NCBI GenBank assembly: GCA_038087875.1
Contig: JAXLNO010000230.1
Span: 186,001 to 250,000 of the forward strand
DNA length: 64,000 nt
From: Malacoraja senta
Lineage: Eukaryota
Direction of reading: 5' to 3'
Part shown: positions 38,790 to 51,502 of the stretch, piece after piece
How the letters are laid out: every line of letters begins with the position of its first letter
Numbering within the stretch: position 1 is the stretch's first letter
Position numbers and translations under genes: made by a program
The notes under the pieces: model-generated
Databases searched by the model: none
What the model was told of the DNA's origin: nothing
What the model saw: the letters and a program-made list of their open reading frames with translations, nothing else

Positions 38790-39169
38790 ACAATTACCAG
38801 ACAACATCAGAGTCTAATCTTGTCAGCACCAAGTATAGAAATAAAGCTAATGGAAAGAGAAAATTGGATGATTGTTTTTCATTGACACCAGTTGACAAAG
38901 ATGATGCAGTTGACATCTCTTCAGAATACCTAGACAATGCAGATCTTGCCCTGAAAGTCAAATTGGAGAGTAAGGATCTGCAGAAATCCACGGTGGTGAA
39001 TGCAATCAGCAAAAAGGGACAATTGTGTCAGAACACATTTGATGATGTAGGTGCAGAAATTCAACAGAACTGCTGGAAAGGACATGAAAGTAGTGGAGTC
39101 TCCACAGAAGAGGAAACCAGTGAAGCTGAGAGTGGAGAACATGGCTTGGAGCCTGGAGAAGTACCAAGT
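38790..39169 (+). CDS. KDM4C: KDM4C coding exon (acidic linker ending GLEPGEVPS)
   Basis: Acceptor TTCTTTTCACCCACAG|AC; G+AC=Asp keeps the frame open. GLEPGEVP resembles KDM4C GLEPGEIP. Donor taken as AGT|GTAATA, which supplies the phase 0 required by the next exon; an alternative phase-0 GT exists at 39161. Confidence 0.83.
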
Positions 39170-40212
39170 GTAATAATACTTTAAAAAATATGTCCAGGAA
39201 TGGCTGAAGTAAATTAGACTGTAATTATTTATTTCCCCGGTATTGATAACCTATAGTTCATTCATTTAATACTGTTCAAAGTTAGCAGTATGATATGGGT
39301 AAATGTTGCTGTCCTTAATTAGAAAATACTGCACTACCAGATTGCGGATTTTTTTCCATTGCCAGTTTTCCCAACTAACCTTTCAAATGTTCCTTTGAAG
39401 AATGTATGCTTTTTCAGCTGTGTTTTCAGCTGCACATATCTGGCAAGATAGGTAAACACTGGAATGAAGCAGACAATTGATTTAATAACTCAGTATCACT
39501 CATGTTCCCTGTGTTAACTGAATTCACATAATATAAAGTGCATAATTCATCACTAAAATTGGTATTATTAATTTAGTGCCAAATGAGGTATGACAATGCT
39601 GTTAATCCTTAATGTGTAAAATTAAACCAAGAACGCAGCAGTTTATAAATTAAGCAGGGTCGGGACTGGTATCTGAATTTAATTAATACTGAGTTGTTTG
39701 AAATCCTGAATACAGTAGAGCCAGTATTTCTGCAGAAATGCTTTGCTTTTTGTGTGTCCTACAGAGTAGTATGATTTTGGTACTGCATGATAATAACGCC
39801 ATTGAAGGATTTCATTATATAATGAAAATAAGAACGTAATCGTTTTTTTTGACATTGAACAAAATAATTATATGATCTGTAATAGCTCTCTTCATTGTTC
39901 TTCATGAATGTCCTCTTTACTGGTGTCTTACACTACATTTTGTTTTCAAATAAGATAGTAACATTTACCCACATCATACTACCTTGTCTTATACTTACAT
40001 CAACCTATCTCTATAATTCAATAGTAAGAGATTGATTCAGCTGCACATCTATCATAGACGTTTCGATATTTGAAGAGCTATTTTAAATAACATGAAGACT
40101 AACTCTTTTGCACAATTGGTCTTGATGGAATTTTATTCAGAATTCTACTTTCCTTCAGTATCCTTAAAAACAAAAAATTGTGCTAACATCTTGAAGGACT
40201 TGGGAACTTGGA

Positions 40213-40650
40213 TTGACAATAGGTGCAGGAGTAGGCCATTCGGCCCTTCGAGCCAGCACCGCCATTGAATGTGATCATGGCTGATCATCCCCAATCAGTA
40301 CCCCGTTCCTGCCTTCTCCCCATATCCCCCGACTCCGCTATTTTTAAGAGCCCTATCTAGCTCTCTCTTGAAAGCATCCAGAGAACCTGCCTCCACCGCC
40401 CTCTGAGGCAAAGAATTCCACAGATTCACCACTCTCTGTGAGAAAAAGTGTTTCCTCGTCTCCGTTCTAAATGGCTTACTCCTTATTCTTAAACTGTGGC
40501 CCCTGGTTCTGGACTCCCCCAACATCGGGAACATGTTTCCTGCCTCCAGCGTGTCCAAACCCTTAACAATCTTATATGTTTCAATGAGATATCCTCTCAT
40601 CCTTCTAAACTCTAATGTACAAGCCCAGCTGCTCCATTCCCTCAGCATTG
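40213..40650 (-). mobile_element. CR1 LINE 3' fragment
   Basis: EFRRMRGYLIETYKI, SRTRGHSLRI, FFSQRVVNLWNSLP. Confidence 0.92.
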
Positions 40651-42109
40651 GCTGAGGGGTAACCTCATGGAGGTATATACAATTACACAAGAGTAGACAC
40701 TCAGAATCTCTTCTCTATTGTCAGAAACAAGAGGGCATAGATTTAAGGTGAGTGAAGGGTAAGATTTTTTTTTACATCAGTGATTGTTAGCTGTAATGGC
40801 TACCTTTGGAGGAGGTTAATCAGATACAATAACTAATTTTAAATTTAAATATGCAAGGCATAGAAGGATTTGCACCTATTGTGGGCAAATGGAATTAGTA
40901 TACATGGACAAAATGGTAGGCATGGACATGCTGGGCTGTATATATGTTTGACTTTGACTCTGAATCGTATGTCACAGTTGTCGCTAATCTATGGAAAGTA
41001 GTGTTAGTTATCATTCCTCAATTTGTTAATAAGCTAGAGAATACCATTATAAATTGCAGATAAAGTTGGAATTTTGGTAATTCAGTAATTTAAGTTTGTG
41101 TGCTTATCAAACACTTAAAGGGCAGGGTGTGCATTAAACTAGTTTTCTAAGTTTAGGAAAAATTATAATTAAGTCTCTCAAGTCCCTTTTTTAGATGCTA
41201 GTGGAGTGAATTTTATTATTTAATCGCATCAAAAATGAAGGCTTGCAGACACCTGCTGGGTCTGAGCCACTCTGATCTGATGTCCTGCTGAATCATTCAA
41301 GTCTTGTTAAAATTCTGGGACAGTATGCCGAAGGTTCCAGTGAATAAATATATTTACACTTTTAGTTTTGGACAAATGTTCATGTTGTTATAATTTCATC
41401 TCGTCAATCGCTATTCACATTCCAATTTGTGTGAACACAGCGTTATTATCATTAAGCTATTTTTTAAAATCATTTTTGTTCACAAATTTTAGATGCCAAT
41501 TTTCTGTAGATTTTTTCTTGAAATGGGTCACTTTGCAAGGTTTCCTTCTTTACCGTTGCTTATTGTTTCCTTTTGCTACCTTGTGCAATGGTAGTTATTC
41601 ATTTCTAAAGCGAGCCACCAGTGTCAACAGGATATTCTAAATGAAATGTGCATGAGAAGTGAGCCTGCAGAATGTTGTCTGATCCATTCTGCACCTGACA
41701 TGCACATTTGAAAGGCTTTGTTTCTCTTTTTTTCCTTTCTTTATCTTGAGGCTAGTTGTACCACCATCTGCTCATTGCCTTAAACCACTCCCCAATTTTC
41801 TCATTGAAATTGGGATGGCTTAACCATCCATTGGACAAAACTAAAGAAGCATTAGTTTTTTTTAGTTATACTATTATGGAAGCTTTTCTAATGTTTGTAT
41901 AATAATCAATTAGTTCATTGTGGTAAGAGCAATTTGAATTGGGTAGCCTGCATTATTTCGCTTGGGCAGCTTACATCCCACGTTGATTTCTTTAATTTCA
42001 AACAACTCTTGCATTCCCTCCCCTGTCGCCCTATCAGTTCCGCTGTTCGCATCCTTGTATCCCTCTTGTTATTCCACCTTTCCCAACCAACTATGGGCTT
42101 CACCCTTTC

Positions 42110-43195
42110 TGAAGCAAAGAGTAGGAGTAAACGGGTCCTTTTCAGAATGGCAGGCAGTGACTAGTGGGGTACCGCAAGGCTCAGTGCTGGGACCCCAGCT
42201 ATTTACAATTTATATTAATGATCTGGACGAGGGAATTGAAAGCAACATCTCCAAGTTTGCGGATGACACTAAGCTGGGGGGCAGTGTTAGCTGTGAGGAG
42301 GATGCTAGGAGACTGCAAGGTGACTTGGATAGACTGGGTGAGTGGGCAAATGTTTGGCAGATGCAGTATAATGTGGATAAATGTGAGGTTATCCACTTTG
42401 GTGGCAAGAACGGGAAGGCAGACTATTATCTATATGGTGGCCGATTAGGAAATGGGGAGATGCAGCGAGACCTGGGTGTCATGGTACACCAGTCATTGAA
42501 AGTAGGCATGCAGGTGCAGCAGGCAGTGAAGAAAGCGAATGGTATGTTGGCATTCATAGCAAGAGGATTTGATTATAGGAGCAGGGAGGTTCTACTGCAG
42601 TTGTACAGGTTCTTGGTGAGACCACACCTGGAGTATTGCGTACAGTTTTGGTCTCCAAATCTGAGGAAGGACATTATAGCCATAGAGGGAGTGCAGAGAA
42701 GGTTCACCAGACTGATTCCTGGGATGTCAGGACTTTCATATGAAGAAAGACTGGATAGACTTGGCTTATACTCGCTAGAATTTAGGAGATTGAGAGGGGA
42801 TCTTATAGAAACGTACAGAATTCTTATGGGGTTGGACAGGCTAGATGCAGGAAGATTGTTCCCGATGTTGGGGAAGTCCAGGACAAGGGGTCACAGCTTA
42901 AGGATAAGGGGGAAATCCTTTAAGACCGAGATGAGGAAAAACTTTTTTCACACAGAGAGTGGTGAATCTCTGGAACTCTCTGCCACAGAGGGTAGTTGAG
43001 GCCAGTTCATTGGCTATATTTAAGAGGGAGTTAGATGTGGCCCTTGTGGCTAAGGGGATCAGGGGGTATGGAGAGAAGGCCGGTACGGGATACTGAGTTG
43101 GATGATCAGCCATGATCATATTGAATGGCGGTGCAGGCTCGAAGGGCCGAATGGCCTACTCCTGCACCTATTTTCTATGTTTCTATGTTTCTATG
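42110..43195 (+). mobile_element. Young CR1 LINE 3' fragment
   Basis: Near-identical to 30647-31700; (TTCTATGT)n tail. Confidence 0.95.
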
Positions 43196-43592
43196 ATGTC
43201 ATCTATTGCCGGCCCAGATTTATTCTGCCCATTTCTTGCCGCCAGTTTATTTCCTCTCCTCCCAACTCTACTTTCAGTCTGAAGCAGGGTTCTAACCCAA
43301 AACGTTACCAATTATTTTTCTCCAGAGATGCTGCCTGACCCACTGAGTTACTCTAGCATACTCTTAGGTATAAACCAGCATGTGCAGTTCCTTCCTACAT
43401 ATGTTATTTGCTTGTTGCATCTAAGCAGTTAGTATCCTCAATAGTCCATATTTTCAATGTTATATTCAGGACACTGTTCTGAATGTGTACACTTTAACAA
43501 ACAGTGAGCACACTATTTTCTAGGTAATGTGCATTAGCCTAGGTAACTATCTGATTTCATCAAGAAGATGAAAATAACTTTTCTCTTTTCAG

Positions 43593-43719
43593 TTTCCAGA
43601 GCAGTTCATCAGAAGTGCCGGGAAAAAGAAATCAGCCAAGTGTCGACGACATCCATTATGCAAACCACCAGCTAGATCCCCTTCAACTCTCGTCAAACAA
43701 GAATTGATTAGTGATGAAG
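43593..43719 (+). CDS. KDM4C: KDM4C coding exon ([18 protein letters not shown])
   Basis: Acceptor TTTTCTCTTTTCAG, donor AAG|GTTAGT. Translates [42 protein letters not shown], matching the KDM4 RHPL.PP.RSP..LVKQ motif. Too short to appear in the ORF track. Confidence 0.88.
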
Positions 43720-44214
43720 GTTAGTACCACGTGCATTGAAGGTATGAAATAATTATAGCCTTGTTTATATTGTAATGCACATTCAAAAGGTTTATGTCAT
43801 ATTTTGAGGTGATATTTTTAAAAATATTACATGCCATTTAAGACCTCTCAGTTTACCTCTCAAGGATATATCACTCCATTTTTGTTGTATGTTGTAGTAG
43901 TTTATGGTGTGCTTAATTATCCACACATGAAAGTATCTATTTTCTCACTAGTCATAATGGCTAAAATCTTCAGTTTCATTGGTCCCCAGGTTAACTGTAG
44001 GTTACAAATTTGTTGGAGACGGTGGCATACGCTGGATCCTATCCTGCTCAACCGCTCCCTATAACTCAGTCCCTCGAGTCCTACAACATCCTCAAATGTT
44101 TTCTCCACTCTTTCCAGCTTCCTGATTTGGTTTGGTTTATCATCATTGGAACATAAAGCATAGAACTGTACTGCACAGGAGCAGGCCCTTCGGCCCACAC
44201 TGCCTGTGCCAATC

Positions 44215-44652
44215 AAGAGTCAAGTCAAGAATATTTTATTGTCATGTGTCCTGAAACGGAACAATGAAATTCATACTTGCAGCAGTGCAACAGATATGTA
44301 AATATAGTACTCTGTAAACACCATAATAAACAGCAAATACATATATACACAATAAAAACAAAACAAAAGATGATAGTGCAAAGCGAAAAATAATGCCCCC
44401 ATGTCTATGTAGTTCAGAGCTTATTTGGAGGTTGTAGTGTTTAATAGCCTGATGGTTGTAGGGAAGAAGCCGCTTCTGAACTTGGATGTTATAGTTTTTC
44501 AGGGTTCTATACCTTCTTCCCTGTAGCAGGAGTGAAATGAGAAATTGGCCAGGTTGGTGTGGATCTCTGATGTTGGCTGCCTTTTTGAGGCAGTGACTCT
44601 TGTAGATTCCTTCGATAGTGGGGAGGTCAGTATCTGTGATGGACTGGGCAGT
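44215..44652 (-). mobile_element. Rex1/Babar 3' fragment
   Basis: Collinear with 4940-5370, including the tail. Confidence 0.8.
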
Positions 44653-45117
44653 TTATTAGCCTGATGCCCAATTTTCTGACCTTTTTATATGTGTTTCTTA
44701 CATAGACACAACAGATGAATAGTTCCCTTCCATGCTGCCTGTCAGAGTAATCCCATTGTTTCCATTCACCCACTTATTTCTCTATGCCCGATTCTTTCTC
44801 TTACCCATTAGCAGCTCCCTGCTTCTTCCAGTGGAGCCCAGGATCAGCATTGGGTTTCAGGAAATAAGAGTGAGTTGCACTACCTGTAGCATTCCTGTTC
44901 TGCCTTTGCTTTGAAGCATGTCAATTTAGCACAGCTGGATTTTTTTGTCTTTATCAGACTTTGTTAACTGTACATTTTAATTATGCCTCAAAAAATCACT
45001 CGCATTTTATAGCCAGAGTTGTCATTTATCTTATAAGCCTTAATCTCCCTTCCAGGTAGTTTTTTAATATTTCCAAATGGTCTATGACATGACATGTTGA
45101 GTTCCTGTGACATGACT

Positions 45118-45465
45118 CTCTGTCCTGTGACAAGACCTCTCTGTCCTGGGTCTCCTCCATGGCCAGAGCGAGCAACACTGGAAATTGGAGGAACAGCACC
45201 TCATATTCCGCTTGGGGAGCCTGCATCCTGGGGGCATGAACATTGAATTCTCCCAATTTTCTTAGCCCTTGCTGTCTCCTCCCCTTCCTCAGCCCTCGGG
45301 CTGTCTCCTCCCATCTCTCAGCCCTCGGGCTCCTCCTCCGCCTTTTTCCTTTCTTCTCCCCACCCCCCATCAGTCTGAAGAAGGGTTTCGGCCCGAAACG
45401 TTGCCTATTTCCTTCGCTCCATAGATGCTGCAGCACCCGCTGAGTTTCTCCAGCATTTTTGTGTA
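45118..45465 (+). mobile_element. Penelope-like 3' fragment
   Basis: Highly similar to 2865-3179; 14-bp TSD CCTGTGACATGACT at 45104-45117 and 45466-45479. Confidence 0.88.
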
Positions 45466-46857
45466 CCTGTGACATGACTGTTGAGTTGCAATCTGGTCAC
45501 TAGGCTTTGGACCTACTTCTCTCAGAACCAGTCCTAGTCCCTCACTTCTGCTAGATCTCCAGCCACACAGTGAACTGTTCTGTCTATGTTTCTATTCACT
45601 ACCTTACACCAATGGCAATAATTCATAAGTGATTTACAGATTCTGTTTTCTTTAATCTTTTTCCTCAGTGTTCCTCAATCTGCCTCTTGGCCCTCTTGCT
45701 TTCTGATTTCTTGCCTCATTTTCTGATTTCATTATCGCTTATGTGGGCCATGAATTCTGGTTATTCACATCCCACCTTCAGAATGATCTGCATCCTTGAT
45801 CCTGGCAACAGTGAGGAATCATGTCTGCGCCTCAGAAACTCTTGTCTGTTTCACTAAATCTTAACTTGAATCATTCAGTGTAAATGATATCAATTAGTCT
45901 CAGCAGCAACTGACGATAATTTTTGAACAAGTTAGTTTTTCCACAATAGTTGTTTTAAAAAAAAACTAGGGAGGAGTTTGTGAAACCTTTGAGATTTTCA
46001 TTAATTTAAAGGATGCAGGTATCTTGCTTGACCATTTTTAAATGGTAAAAATGTTGTTCAAGTGGATGATGGTATTACTGAGCATAGCTTCATGCTCAGG
46101 CCTTACGTGCAGTTATGCAGGCGATAATGTAAGAAAAACAAGTAGTTTGATTGCATGTCCAACGACAGTTAGCTGACTTTTCTTAGCTTATATACTTTAA
46201 TTTTTTTCTAAATGCATTGTTTAAATACAAATAACAGTTATATATGCAAATACAAAACTACTTAGCATTTATTCAAACAAAACATGCAATTAGAGAAACA
46301 GTTAATTTCAGATCGAAAAATCTGAATAATACTTGAAATCCAGTCAATAGACAGTAGACAATAGGTGCAGTAGTAGGCCATTCAGCCCTTCAAGCCAGCA
46401 CCGCCATTCAATGTGATCATGGCTGATCATCCACAATCAGTACCCCATTCCTGCCTTCTCCCCATACCCCATGACTTTCATTAAAAAAGCTTTCATTAAG
46501 TTTTGGCCAAGGAATATGGAGAAGCAAGACAAAGGCAGTTTTAACTGTGAAATCCTAATCAATTACCACAAAAGAGCCCAATTCAACATACAGTGCTCAA
46601 GTTGTTAAGTTGGATATTTCAATATACTTCAAGTGCAAGAATCACCTTGGGCAAGAGAGATTGCAGTCATGTGTAAGAAGGAACTGCAGATGCTGGAAAA
46701 TCTAAGGTAGACAGAAATGCTGGAGAAACTCAGTGGGTAAGGCAGCATTTATGGAGCGAAGGAAATAGGCAATGTATCGGGTCGAAACCCTTCTTCAGAT
46801 TGTAGTCATGTCTACTCAGAACACCTATTTTATTTTATCTTGTTAAATAAAAACCCG

Positions 46858-47878
46858 AGGTATAAGAAATAAAGTGGACGAGGTTGAGGCTCAGTTAGAA
46901 ATTGGCAAGTATGATGTTGTGGCAATTACAGAGACATGTCTGCAAGAGGACCAGGGGTGGGAAGTGAATATTCAATGGTATACGTCCTATTGAAAAGACA
47001 GACAGGTGGGCAGAGGGGGTGGGGTAGCTCTGTTGGTGAGGAATGCAATTCAGTCCCTTGCGAGGGGTTACATAGAATCAGGAGATGTAGAGTCAGTATG
47101 GATAGAACTGAGGAATGGTAAGGGTAAAAAGACCCTAATGGGAGTTATCTACAGGCCCCCAAACAGTAGCCTGGATAGAGGGTGCAAGTTGAATCAAGAG
47201 TTAAAATTGGCATGTCGCAAAGGTAATGCTACGGTTGTTTTGGGAGATTTCAACATGCAGGTAGACTGGGAAAATTAGGTTTGTGCTGGACCCCAAGAAA
47301 GGGAGTTTGTGGAGTGCCTCTGTGATGGATTCTTGGACTGTACTTGTACTGGAGCCTACCAGGGAGAAGGCAATTCTGGTTTAGTATTGCGTAATGACCG
47401 GATTTGATAAGGGAAGTCGAGGTAAAGGAGCCATTAGGTGGTAGTGACCATAATATGATGTTTTAAGCTACAATTTGAGAGGGAGAAGGGAAAATTAGAA
47501 GTGTCAGTATTACAGTTGAACAAAGGGGATTATGGAGCCATGGGGGAGGAGCTGGCCAAAGTTGACTGGAAAGATGCTCTAGCAGGGATGACAGTGGAAC
47601 AACAATGGCAGGTATTTCTGGGAATAATACAGAAGGTGCAGGATCAGTTCATTCCAAAGAGGTAGAAATATTCCATGGGGAGTAAGGGGCGACCTTGGCT
47701 GACAAGGGAAGTCAAGAACACTATAAAAATGAAAGAGAAGAAGTACAACATAGCAAAGATGAGAGGGAAGCCAGAGGATTGGGAAACTTTTAAAGAGCAA
47801 CAGAAGATAAGTAAAAAGGCAACATGGGGAGAAAATATGAGGTACGAAGGTAAGCTAGCCAATAATATAAAGGAAGTA
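46858..47878 (+). mobile_element. CR1 ORF2 5' part (APE endonuclease), decayed
   Basis: YDVVAITET, GRGGGVALLV, ESVWIEL, GVIYRPP, VLGDFN and SDHN-like motifs. Confidence 0.88.
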
Positions 47879-47884
47879 AAGGAA

Positions 47885-48340
47885 TCTACATATTCCTGTA
47901 GAGTTTTATCCCGTGAAGTCAAAAATCGGCTTACCTGAAAATTTCGAGCTATATTTCTTGAATCTGAAATCTTTGAAAGTAAACGAGCTGATGACGTCAC
48001 AATGGGTCTGCTCACGCCGCCCGCTCTGCACTATTTTCCACGCGCTGCAAGTTACGCCCCCCCCCCCCGACTCGAAGTAATTTGGTCGCTGCCCGCCCGC
48101 CGTGGCCCCGCCCGCTCACAGTCGACTCGAACTCGGACGGCCGTCTGCCCCGGCCGCAGCCCAGCCCCCCCTCCCCCCGTGCTCTGGATTGAAGCCGCTG
48201 AACACGTAGTAATTTGGTTGACGCGCGCACCGCTCCCCGCTCCCTTCCTGCACTCCCCGCTCACTTATCGCGGCCCACTCTCCCCCACTCTCTCTCTCCC
48301 CCACTCTCTCTCTCCCCCACTCTCTCTCTCCCCCACTGTG
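47885..48340 (+). mobile_element. Helitron 5' fragment
   Basis: A|TCTACATATT start; 47980-48080 is the reverse complement of the Helitron interior at 9600-9775 (AACGAGCTGATGACGTCACAATGG). Confidence 0.6.
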
Positions 48341-51320
48341 CCTGGCTACTTTTAGCATGGAAACAAGATCTCTATTTGGTTAAATGGAGTTTAGGAATTG
48401 CAAGGGTTCAATTTGTGTTTATATTTCAATTGTTTATTTTTGCTTCTTTTAAATGGTTTAAGGGATTTACAGTATTTAAAGTTTGGTTTCAAATTTCAAA
48501 CAGTATTTTAATCATTTTTAGATGCATGTATATAATACTTTTAACATTTACGTTCAGGAAATTTATATTTTCTGACTTGGCTAACAGTAGTACTTCTCAC
48601 ATTCACGTAGGTGAAGTTTGTCCTGGTCACATCCTGCTTTGCTTGCTCTCATGAGATAGCTCTCTCACACTCGAGCCATTGTGCATGGTCTGATTATTTG
48701 CATTCTGGTGCAAGTTGATGCAGAAAGTTTTGCCAAACCTAAGTCTGGACTTAGTACAAGGGTCAGGTGATTCACTTCTGGAAAATACTCTGGGACTAAC
48801 GATTTTTATGTTTCCTACCAATGTTTTGCTGCCTTTATATAATAGCAGTTATTATGTAGAAGCACTGTGATATAAATTTAAAATTCTTCCAATTTTTTTC
48901 AAAGTAGTATCACCAGCGGATCACTGTCGAATGCAGAAAATTCCTACGATAAATCTATTAGACAATCCAAGAGAACAGTTCAAATTTAGTCATGCAATTC
49001 TCCCAGCCCACCCAGCTTATTTTTATATAGTCTATGCATAATTGAAGTACTAAACCACAGTGGTCAGTGTGAAACTGGAAGACTTATTGATTAAATCAGC
49101 ATGGAACTCTAAATTAGTAGTTTTTGCCTGAAACAAACAAAGCACTTGGGGACTGTAACCAGCAATTCTGAAAATGCTGTCGATGCAAATGGCTAATGGT
49201 TATAGGCTCTTTGGATGATGCAAACACCACCGATTTTAAATGTGAATTGGTGTTTATGGGCATTGCATATGCATGGGGTTAGATGGATGAGGCTGATCTT
49301 GTGGCAATACAGAGATGTTTTCACGAGTCTTGCATAGAAATTAGTGCTGATGAAAGTGGTTGAATTGGTGTTGAATTGGATAATGTTGATGAGAAGGCTG
49401 AACTAATATCAGACATAGGAAATGGCTGCAGTAATAGTGTATATTCAGAAACAAAGGACATTATTCTCAAAGGTATATATTTGTTCTGAATTTTTATTTC
49501 ATTAAATATTTATAATTAAATTCCACAACATTACAAGCGAGAAATGCACTTTGGTATAATTATTTGGACCTAGATATTTGGCAACATTACTTTTAAGGAA
49601 TTATAGTACAACCTCTTGCATCAAATTATATTGCAGGCCAATTTTGAACTTAATTAAACTGAAACAATAAATCTCTATTTCAGTTGTTTATCGTACACCA
49701 GGGTGTTTATGAAATTGGAAGTTATTTAGCTCTTCAGGGGCATGCAAAGAATAAAATGAAATTGACCCTCAGCTATTACTTGGATGTTATTTTCTCTAAA
49801 ATACTGCAACTCCTTTGTGCTTTCATTCTTATGGAGCCATATGTTTCTGAAAGAGGCCTCATAATTACATGCATTCAAATATCATGACAATAATTTTAAC
49901 TGCCCATTTATGATTTTAGCATGGAGATGAAAGAACAATTGTAGTCTAAATGAGTTATCCTGATTTAAAACTCAAATGGTGAAAAATTCTGATTGGTGAC
50001 CTATTTTGTTTGGTAGGTGGATTGCTATTTTGGTGATATACTGGTGCAATGGCACAATCCACAATGTACACTGAACATTTTATTTCTGGAGGCAAAGTAT
50101 GAATGACCGCACTGCATCAGCCTGGAAAAACACCTATCCATGTTCTCTAGAGATGGTGACTGATCCGCTGAGTTACACCAGCCTTTTGTGCCTCATTTTG
50201 TAAATCAGTGTCTGCAGTTTCTTGTTTCTGCACTGAATTCTTGTTGACAATAGGCAGTGTAACCTGATCAAAGTGGCAATCAACATGCAACAAAGATTTG
50301 AGGCCAACGTTTCCTTTTCCATCTAATGGCCTCACAAAGGTCAAAAGATTTGGTATGAACATAGTGGCTGAAGGGGCTGTTGCTGCGTTGTGCTACTCTG
50401 AACATTTGCTCAGCAGCTTGAATGGCTTACCCCCTCCATCATTGCTCTGTAAAAATGCTGCTAGTAATTAAAGGTGAATTGCTGGTCTATTTCAATTTGT
50501 TATTGATTTTGAGGTTCTTCAGATGTTTGGTGATTTTTGGAGGTTTTGATTTCAAGTTGCAGAAGCATGCAGAGATGATGTGCATTAATGCATTGCAGAA
50601 TGCACTACAAGTCATAGCCTATGGTATGTGACCATTTCCTTCACCACTAGACTGCTTGAACATTCTGTTTTAAACTAAAGTGCGGCAATTGAAATGGCTT
50701 ATTTTTATTAATTTCTTGAATTATTTTCAGTTTGTTAAATTGCCTATTTAAACTTATTTTAAATAAATCTGATTATCAGCGACTATTGGAAGCTTTGAGA
50801 AGGCCTTTTGTAATACAAATTATCCAGGGTGAGACTTGGAGTTTGGCTACCTGAAGTTGAGTGGTTGGTCACAGTTGGCTCCATTTGGTGGGCTGGCTGG
50901 AACGGCGAGGCATGAAGCTTAATCAGTCCAACTGGCTGCAAAGGAATATCCAAGAGCATGCTAACACCAGGCAGAAAATGGCCAAATAAAGTACATCAAA
51001 CTTATAGCAGCACTTTTGATATCCTGATAACGCTGGTACTTTGTCCTATTTTAGTCTTTGGAATGTTGTCATTTTTGTTCATTTGGGATAACTTGAGGCT
51101 TTTGGTCTAATTATCACAATCCATTGACCAGAATTTATGTGGATTGACCAATTTGGATAAATACAGGAATTAAAGGATGTTGTGGTGAAATGTGACTGAA
51201 TTAGTCAGTAGGATTAGTTTGCATTGTTACATATTATGTTTAGTATGTATTCCTGCTTAACTTTTCTCCAGACTAATTGTTCATTGTCCATCATCTTGAT
51301 TCTTCCCCAATGTTATGTAG

Positions 51321-51502
51321 AATTGACTGATCCAACATTAAATGAAGAAGATATAAATGAAACACAGCCTTGGGCCAAACCTCTAATCCAACTGTGGCAG
51401 AGTAAACTGCACAATTTCCAAGCAGAGAAGGAATATAACGAAGTCGTCTCGAAAATGGAACCATATTGTGCGATTTGCTCACTTTTCTTTCCTTATAACC
51501 AG
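51321..51502 (+). CDS. KDM4C: KDM4C coding exon (WAKPL...CAIC, start of PHD region)
   Basis: Acceptor TATGTAG|AA (G+AA=Glu), donor CAG|GTAAAT. Encodes QPWAKPLIQLWQSKLHNFQAEKEYNEVVSKMEPYCAICSLFFPYNQ, a conserved KDM4 segment. Confidence 0.92.
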
